Notes under the pieces: generated by a model | Told to the model about the DNA's origin: nothing | The model's database searches: none | What the model saw: only the letters and a program-made list of their open reading frames with translations | Shown here: in pieces, positions 57,308 to 64,000 of the stretch | Numbering within the stretch: the stretch's first letter is position 1 | Layout of the letters: every line of letters begins with the position of its first letter | Assembly: GCA_963823665.1 (NCBI GenBank) | Contig: CAWGMQ010000003.1 | Span: 128,001-192,000, forward strand | Origin: an uncultured Planctomycetota bacterium | GTDB taxonomy: Bacteria; Planctomycetota; Planctomycetia; Isosphaerales; Isosphaeraceae | DNA: 64,000 nucleotides | Direction of reading: 5' to 3' | Program-made: the position numbers and the translations under genes

Positions 57308-58933
57308 TGTCTTGGTTCACCGTGAAATGGAATTTCGTCCGATTGGCGTAAATGAATGGGGAACGGCATCGTGGCCTGGATGTCGCGGCATCGTGCCGCG
57401 AAGGTTTGTCGCATTGGTGCCAATCCCGGAGCTGTCGTGCTGCGATCGAGGAGAGCGCAGAGCCGAGGTATGCTCGGCTCTGGCTCCGGTCTTGGCCCCT
57501 GGCTCGGCGCTCGGGGTGCTCCTCAGCAGTACCCTATCCTCCGCCCAGGTCAACATCGTTTGTAGCTCGTCCGCGATCTTCACGCAACCTCTTGTGACCC
57601 GTGTCTAACTGTTGCTCGACGCTCGCGCGCCTCCTCCAGCTTGCGGTCACGCTCAGCGAAGATTTCTTTTTCCAGCCCGATCAACTTGTCGGCTGGGGTC
57701 AAATAACCTAACGCGCTATGCAACCGTATATTATTGTAGTGATCCACATATGATGCAATGTGACGTAGAGCCTCATCGAACGAAGACACCGCCGCTGGCC
57801 GTACGCACTCGCGTTTCAAACTGCCGTGCCAGCGCTCAAGTTTTCCGTTCGATTGCGGATAATACGGGCTCGTCCGAACGTGCGTTATGCCCGTCAGCCG
57901 GATGAATTCCTTGAAATCCCGGGCAATGAACTGCGGGCCATTGTCACTGATGATCCGTGGCTTTTCTCCTGGATGCCGCTCCAACGCCCGCTGGATGATT
58001 GTCTCGACTTCGCGCTCGGTCATGCTCTCACGAATCTCCCAGTGCACAATGTATCGGCTGCAACCGTCCAGCACGCTCGTCAGGTAGTAAAACGTCCCCG
58101 AGACGTTGATGTAAGAGATGTCCACATGCCAGTGTTCATGAGGCACCAGTGGTTGCACGAAGCCGGTTCCCTTCTTCGACGGTGAGAACCGCCTGCGATC
58201 GAGCCGGTTCGCTTGCTTGAGCACGCGATAGACGCTCGCTGGGCTGACGGCCACCACGTCGTCGTCGAGCATCATGAAGGTCAAGCGGCGATATCCTTCG
58301 AGAGGATGGCGATCGTGAAAATCGACGATGGCTCGTTTTTCCCAGTCCTCGAGCCACCAATCGCGCGGGACCTTGCCGTTGTGCTCGTTGACTTTGCCGT
58401 AACGGTGCTTCCAGTCGTGGAACTTACTTGTGCCCAGGCCGAGCCAACTCAGGAGCTGACGAGCCGGAAGCTCCGTGCGGTCGACCCAATGCTTGACGTA
58501 GTCGACGACCTGGTCACGCGTGTCGTGGGGAACCCAGGCTCCGTTCAGAGTTCCCCAAGTTCTTTTTTTAGCTGGACGTGCTCCTGCATCAGCTCGGCGA
58601 TGACCTCGTTCTTCTTGACGAGACTGGATTGGAGCCGCTCGACGAGCTTCGCTTGAAGCCGCTCTGCGCGGGGCGGACGGCCTGCTGCGCGCTCCAAAGC
58701 ATGCTCGGCCTGGTCGAGTACCTGCTTAATCCAGTTGTGGATCTGGCTGGGTTGAAGGCCGAACTCATCGGCCAAGTTGGAAACAGGCTCTTTGCCACTG
58801 ATATGGCGACGGACGATTTGAGCCTTTTGCGGCGCTGAGAAATGCCGGCGCGACTGTCTCATGGAACTCACCTCCGATAGGGTTAATTATAACCCAACCG
58901 GCGCGACATTCTATTTTCAGGTGAGGCAGGACA
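57308..58933 (-). mobile_element. IS3-family insertion sequence
   Basis: IRs TGTCTTGGTTCACCGTGAAATGGAA / TGTCCTGCCTCACCTGAAAATAGAA; no target duplication seen. Confidence 0.92.
57580..58862 (-). CDS. IS3 transposase OrfA/OrfB (-1 frameshift at A7G, 58562-58569)
   Basis: OrfA HTH 58545..58862; OrfB WHVDISY, SDNGPQF, PQSNGKLERW, RLHSALGY. Confidence 0.92.
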
Positions 58934-59421
58934 GCCGGATTGTCGATTACGTGGGGATCGCCATTCCTTTCGTCTTATTGGGAATAACGGTTGTTGTGCT
59001 GCGTACCAAGCTTCCGGAACTAACCTTCGTGGTGATCGCTGACGTCATCGGCGTCGCCTTGGGCCTCCTCATCCTGTTCAAAGAGTATTTTAAATGGCAA
59101 GAAAAATTCAGCGATCATCAGAGGTTGCTTGAGCAAAACATTGATCTGGCGCGTGATGCGGCGCGTCTACTGGAGCGTAGGACGACGGTATCCGGGGAAG
59201 TTGCTGATTTGCTTTTTGAACGAGCCGATCAGATCGAGCGCCGGGACCTGGAGGTTTTCGGGGAAATCCCTGAGCCGCTCAGGCGAGAATACTACCGCCG
59301 CGCGCTGCGGGAGATGGGAACGGCGGCGGTCTGTGAATGCGGTGCGTCGCCGTGGCAATTCCAGCCTGGAACGTGTCAGATTTGTGGCGGAACTCCGGTC
59401 GTTACTCAAGGAGCGAAATGA
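58934..59421 (+). pseudogene. 5'-truncated 2-TM protein with C-terminal Cys motif (mobilome CxxCx(11)CxxC / SLATT-like)
   Basis: Two TM helices, YRRALRE, CEC-x11-CQICG; starts abruptly at the IS end. Confidence 0.6.
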
Positions 59422-59630
59422 TGGCCAGTCCAGTCGATGATCTGAAATCGTGGTTTAGCAAACTGCTCGATTCCGACAAAGAAAAGGTCGTGGAATATCT
59501 TTACGGTACGCAACTTGAGCGCGCTAAGGCAGCGCAAAAGGCCGGGATAGGGTATTTCACACGCGGCCTGTTCCTTGGACCAGCCCCGACGGCGGCAAAC
59601 GTCTGTGATCGGTGCGGGCGCCCCTACTAA
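59418..59630 (+). CDS. Small protein with C-terminal zinc-ribbon motif
   Basis: AAGGAG SD, overlapping ATGA, GLFLGPAP...CDRCGRPY. Confidence 0.65.
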   Translation: MMASPVDDLKSWFSKLLDSDKEKVVEYLYGTQLERAKAAQKAGIGYFTRGLFLGPAPTAANVCDRCGRPY

Positions 59631-59651
59631 ATGCCCCGTGCGCAACTTGGT

Positions 59652-60608
59652 TTAATCGAACAGCATTTTTTCGCCATTCGTTGAATGCTTACGTGATTTG
59701 CGGCGGGCGGGGATAACCGCCGGGGCATCCTGTGCCTGTTTTTCATGTGGTTCAAACCGGAACCGGCTGGCTTCCAGGTATTCGGCGTTGTGCTCGACGG
59801 CAATCCAGTTGCGCGCCAGCTCCTCGCACGCCTCACCGGTCGTGTTGCTGCCGGCGAACGGGTCGATCACCAGGTCGCCCGGATCAGTCAGAAACCGGAT
59901 GAAAAAATGCGGTAGCTGAATCGGGAAGCGTGCTGGATGCGGCTTCACGCCGGATTCGTTGCACCGCTCAAGGTAATGGCCGTTTGCGTCGTTGTTGCCG
60001 CAGATGATGATGTTGCCCGGTATCGACCCGCCGTTGTCCTTGAATTTCTTGGTGATGATGTGGCCCGACGGCCTGACCTTCGGCTTGTAGCCCTTAATCA
60101 GCAGCCGCTTCATGTCCGGGCTGTATTCCTGGAGAACCTTCTGGTTATCCGCCTTTGGCCACGGCGTTTTCGATAACCACCAGACGCATTCGACGGAATC
60201 CTTGACGCGAATCTTGCGCACGTTAACCCATTCGGCAGGCGATGGCAGCTTGCCTGGGTTGTACCAGAAGAATTCCTGCGCCAGATGGAATCCGGCCTGC
60301 CGGCACAGGGCGATCAGCAGCTCAAAATGATAAAGCGACCGCGTAGGCTTCCCCGGCGTCCACGCGCCGCCAATGTCGATCACGGCGCTGCCGTCGTCGG
60401 CAAGGATACGATGGATTTCGCGGGCGAACGGCAGGAACCATTGGATGTAATCACCCTGGTTGGCGTTGCCGTATTCCTTTTTGAAATGCAGGGCATAAGG
60501 CGGCGAGGTCATCATCAGATTGACGCTGCCGCCGGGCATGCCCTTCATAAATTCCAGCGAATCCGTGACGTAAGCTTTGCCGAGGTCCGTCTTGTAAAGC
60601 GGGGTCAT
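59652..60608 (-). CDS. Beta-class DNA methyltransferase (N4-cytosine type, PvuII-like)
   Basis: [22 protein letters not shown]. Confidence 0.92.
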   Translation of the reverse strand: MTPLYKTDLGKAYVTDSLEFMKGMPGGSVNLMMTSPPYALHFKKEYGNANQGDYIQWFLPFAREIHRILADDGSAVIDIGGAWTPGKPTRSLYHFELLIALCRQAGFHLAQEFFWYNPGKLPSPAEWVNVRKIRVKDSVECVWWLSKTPWPKADNQKVLQEYSPDMKRLLIKGYKPKVRPSGHIITKKFKDNGGSIPGNIIICGNNDANGHYLERCNESGVKPHPARFPIQLPHFFIRFLTDPGDLVIDPFAGSNTTGEACEELARNWIAVEHNAEYLEASRFRFEPHEKQAQDAPAVIPARRKSRKHSTNGEKMLFD

Positions 60609-61177
60609 GGGCGATGCGCGTCTCCGATTGCCTGTTCAAGATGCTCGCGCCAATGGCCGGCAGCCGTCGGCGGAACCTTCTGCATGATGACGAGATAGTC
60701 CGGGTGCGGCGTCCGGCGCTCAAGATTGACGCTGGCGCAAAACAGGAACTTCCATTCGCCTGTTTGGTTGAACAGGCACGCTGCCAGGATGTCGAACTCA
60801 TCCACCTTATATCCGCGGCTGGGGCCGCCCGCGATGGCATTTCTCGTTTTCTGAATCTCCACCTTGAAACCGTCGCGGAAAACCTTCGTGCCGCTGCGGA
60901 CGTTCTTGCATTCGATCCGGTAAGTGGCACCGCCGATTTCGACGATGAAGTCGGGGTCACCTGTTGCATCGCTCCACGTGAGGCTGCCGATGTTCAATCT
61001 CGCGCGCCCGGCGTCCATATACCGGTGGAGATAGAATTCAGCCAGCTTGCCTTTCACATCCGTCCGCGCCCGATGGCCATGCTCGATGGCCGACAGAATT
61101 TCCCAGCCGGGCGCTTTGAATAGTTCCTCAAGAGGATGTTTCCTCGGTTGTCCGCTTTCCCAAAACTCGGGCGGCAT
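60605..61177 (-). CDS. Putative PD-(D/E)xK restriction endonuclease coupled to the MTase
   Basis: KGKLAE, PDF...IECKN; ATGA overlap with the MTase. Confidence 0.7.
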   Translation of the reverse strand: MPPEFWESGQPRKHPLEELFKAPGWEILSAIEHGHRARTDVKGKLAEFYLHRYMDAGRARLNIGSLTWSDATGDPDFIVEIGGATYRIECKNVRSGTKVFRDGFKVEIQKTRNAIAGGPSRGYKVDEFDILAACLFNQTGEWKFLFCASVNLERRTPHPDYLVIMQKVPPTAAGHWREHLEQAIGDAHRP

Positions 61178-61493
61178 CCTTGCCTCCTGGCAACGTCGTC
61201 CCTGACGCTGGCAGTACGGAACAAACGATCATTGTAACGGGCAAATCTCCCAATCGCTAGGATCGGCTTTTCGGGTGCCTTGGAATTCCTCTTTTTCCTA
61301 AAGAAATCCCGTCCCGCGTGCGCCCAGAACGCTTAGCGGGACGCTGGCCACTGCCATACGCTTTCCTGCAACCGGCGTTGCGGCGGCTTTTCACCTAAGC
61401 GTTGCTCGATCCTGCCCCATTTCTGATTGGGCGTTCCGGCTGCGCCGCCGCGGGGATGTCGCCGGGTCGCCTTGGGGGATCGCTCCCCCAAGG

Positions 61494-63913
61494 GCCGGGT
61501 AAGGAGGTGACGTTACCGCCACCCCCTCCCCTCAGAACTGCACGTGAAAGTTTCCCTTCATGCAGCTCAAGCCTTCACGAACGCCCCTCGCAGGACGCGG
61601 CCGCTTTCGTCAGTCGTTCTTGGACATGGATCTGCCGATGACAGTTGGCATGCAACAACTCCAGGTTGTCGGCTGTGCCAGAACCGCCCCGGCTGCGCCA
61701 GATGCGATGGTGGAGATGCAAGTCTTCCTCTGCGATCCGCAGCGGTTGACCACAGACCACGCATCGTCCCTCTTGTTCCTTCCATAAGTATTCGATCCGA
61801 CCCCGACCTGCCAGCGTTTGGCTCAGTTGCCAACCCAGTCGTGCTTCCAGGTACAGTTCCCACTTCGGATCGTAGGGATTCACGTCGCTCCGGATCTTCA
61901 CATAACGAATGATCTTCACTTTGGCTGCTTCCATCAACTGGATCGGCCGGCCTTGGCCTTTCTGGTCAAACAGCGTACCGGTGAAGACCCAGTGGCGGTA
62001 ACCGTCTTGCTGGAAGTATTTCTCCTTGATCCACCTCCGGCCTTTGTTCTGGTGCCGTCGTCGACACCAACGCCACAATTTCTGGAAAATCCGGTGATCC
62101 ACGTACGTAAAAGTGCGCTTGCTCGCCGCGTAACGGTGGTACATGGTCCAGCCCTTGATCTGCTGATTCAAACGCCAGATCATCTCTCCTGCCGTTAGGC
62201 TGCCCGAGCCGTCGATCGTTTCCTGTATCTTGTTCAAGAACGTCTTCACGTTTCGCAAGGACGGCTTGGTGAACACCTTGCCGCAGCGATAGCGTCGCAC
62301 ATTCTGCCCCAAGAAATCGAAGCCATCCTCCACATGCGTGATCTGGGTTTTCTCGTGGGAAAGTTCCAAGCCGCGTTCCTTCAAGAAATGAGCCACGAGA
62401 GGTTGCACTTGGTCACGGAGGAGTTCCTTTGAGATGCCCGTGATCAAGAAGTCATCCGCATAGCGGACCAGGTGGACTTTAAACTTCCGTTGTCGCCCGT
62501 GCTTCTCGGCGAACTGTTCCGCCAACAGCCGTTGCAGTCCATCCAGAGTCCAATTCGCCAGGACGGGTGAAATGATCCCGCCTTGAGGTGTTCCTTCCGT
62601 GGTGGCGAACCAGGCGTGCTTCTCCAGGAAACCCACTTTCAGCCATTGCCCGAGCAACTGCCGGTCCATGGGGACGTGCGTCAAGAGCCAGTCATGACTG
62701 ATGCGATCAAAGCAAGCTTTGATGTCCCCTTCGAGAATCCATGCTGGACCGCTCCGATTACCCAAGACAATATGAGATTGTTCCAGGGCGTCGGCACAAC
62801 GACGTTCCAGCCGAAAGCCATAGGAATGGCCGTCGGCTCGAGATTCCGCAATGGGATCGAGGCCTAGCAAGTATAATGCCTGCATGGCTCGATCTGACAT
62901 GGTGGGAATTCCGAGAGGACGTCGCTTGCCGTTGCTTTTGGGAATGTACACCCGGCGGAGCGGTTGCGGTTGGTAACCGTGCCGACGCAGAGTGCTGAAA
63001 GCAGCCGACTTGGCTTCCGGTGTGTTCCAGAGAACTCCGTCCACACCGGGAGTCTTCGCACCCGAATTACTGATGACTCGCAAAATGGCCAGGGCCCGGC
63101 CACTGAACGAGTGCGTGAGCAGATAAACCAGAGCCTTGACCTTATTCCATCTGCCCTCCGCAACAGCCTTCACGATACGCGCCTGGAGCCGACGGACTGT
63201 GCGCCAGACTTTCTTCCATTCGATGGAGTGCCAGTCGGGCGTAAGCTCGGGAGCCGCACCAGCAAGCATTTCTGCCGCCGACATATCTGCTTGTCTCCCT
63301 GAGTCGGTTGGCCAAGGTTCTCTCGTGACGGAACACCTGAGGGAAGTCGGCACCGCTTTCGCGGTGAGGGGATGTCGTCCGTGGGAGGACTCACCCTCTA
63401 TCCGATCGACTACCGAACGGCATTGGCTTGCTCCCTCATCCTCCACCCGCCGCCCCATCGGCGACGCCTTACGACGGTCCTACCCCGAAGGGAGGGCGAC
63501 GGGCTTACCACGTTCCACGGATGAATCACGGATGGTTTAGGCTCTGCCTCTCCGCCGGTGGCTCGGATGACGACGACAGGGGATGGGAAATCCCACTGTA
63601 CCTGGCCACGTACCTTTTTGGTTCAAGCCTCTCAGCGCCTTTGGCTTGTTGGATCTCACGACGTTTATCGGCAGTTCACCTGGATTAGCCATGCCATCCA
63701 CCCCTGGCCCCCGACCGCATTGGCGTTCGCAGTCGCCGGATTCCCTCACGGGATATCCAACCACCCGAAGGTGAGGTTACGTTGTCCCAAGAGCTTCGCA
63801 CGGTCGGATTGCTCCGGCCGCACGTCCTGGTAGGGTTCCGGTGGTCGTACATCGGGTTATGTCCTGGTTGCAAATCCAGTCATAACAGACTCATCCGCAG
63901 CTTCGTTTCGCGA
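61494..63913 (-). mobile_element. Inner group II intron (IIB, chloroplast-like class), complete
   Basis: 5' TCGCGAAACGAAG; DV GAGCTGCATGAAGGGAAACTTTCACGTGCAGTTC; DVI ending TTACCCGGC. Confidence 0.9.
61575..63284 (-). CDS. ltrA: Group II intron reverse transcriptase/maturase with HNH endonuclease
   Basis: TPGVDG, RPLGIPT, GTPQGG, RYADDF, GFDFLG, CVVC...HLHH...[10 protein letters not shown]. Confidence 0.96.
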   Translation of the reverse strand: MSAAEMLAGAAPELTPDWHSIEWKKVWRTVRRLQARIVKAVAEGRWNKVKALVYLLTHSFSGRALAILRVISNSGAKTPGVDGVLWNTPEAKSAAFSTLRRHGYQPQPLRRVYIPKSNGKRRPLGIPTMSDRAMQALYLLGLDPIAESRADGHSYGFRLERRCADALEQSHIVLGNRSGPAWILEGDIKACFDRISHDWLLTHVPMDRQLLGQWLKVGFLEKHAWFATTEGTPQGGIISPVLANWTLDGLQRLLAEQFAEKHGRQRKFKVHLVRYADDFLITGISKELLRDQVQPLVAHFLKERGLELSHEKTQITHVEDGFDFLGQNVRRYRCGKVFTKPSLRNVKTFLNKIQETIDGSGSLTAGEMIWRLNQQIKGWTMYHRYAASKRTFTYVDHRIFQKLWRWCRRRHQNKGRRWIKEKYFQQDGYRHWVFTGTLFDQKGQGRPIQLMEAAKVKIIRYVKIRSDVNPYDPKWELYLEARLGWQLSQTLAGRGRIEYLWKEQEGRCVVCGQPLRIAEEDLHLHHRIWRSRGGSGTADNLELLHANCHRQIHVQERLTKAAASCEGRS

Positions 63914-64000
63914 CTCCCACAGATCCGGGCTTGCCCAATTCAGGCACCCGGCTCGTCATGTCACTTGTTCGCTACGAGACGGCATACCGAGTGGATCGCG

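Larger units (their letters stand above)
61461..64000 (-). mobile_element. Outer group II intron (same family as 2352-3084), 3' part; interrupted by the inner intron; continues past the window edge
   Basis: Minus strand: possible ORF end AIHSVCRLVANK*, DV GAGCCGGGTGCCTGAATTGGGCAAGCCCGGATC, TGTGGGAG | insert | CCTTGGGGGAGCGATCCCCCAAGGCGACCCGGC, exon GACATCCCC. Confidence 0.85.

Noticed and set aside
61575..63284. Retron, DGR or defence-type RT
   Set aside because: YADD motif, maturase and HNH domains and flanking DV/DVI identify a group II intron-encoded protein.

Overview
High-GC bacterial DNA, most likely a planctomycete (Isosphaeraceae-like), judged from the LEGRRLL N-terminal motif, planctomycete-type REP palindromes and a PheT without the OB domain. 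The window has three parts. (1) ~1-21 kb is an accessory mosaic: a large serine recombinase, an ORF-less group II intron plus remnants of related introns, an HTH-SF2 helicase operon, a type II R-M pair, HEPN-like and NYN genes, and many gene fragments, often broken at a short GGGTGTCTGG/CCAGACACCC repeat. (2) ~21.4-42.5 kb is housekeeping: yajQ, rdgC-like, carB, PPIase, infC-rpmI-rplT-pheS, ISAs1, an APC permease and pheT. (3) ~42.6-64 kb is a second accessory region: lodA/lodB-like oxidase pair, an RHS gene truncated by a four-gene IS21, IS3, a second R-M pair and a group II twintron. The most striking signals are a nested web of mobile elements (two related introns whose putative EBS1 loops match opposite strands of one short repeat, an RT-HNH intron whose EBS1/EBS2 match domain V/VI of that intron family, and a recombinase element abutting the same domain V), a promoter-small RNA-terminator-NYN nuclease cassette resembling an RNA-antitoxin system, and a 35-bp upstream motif shared by lodAB and the RHS unit. 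Single-base frameshifts in core genes, including essential pheT, point to assembly indel errors, so simple frameshifts are not treated as biology. All family assignments come from motif recognition, not database searches.
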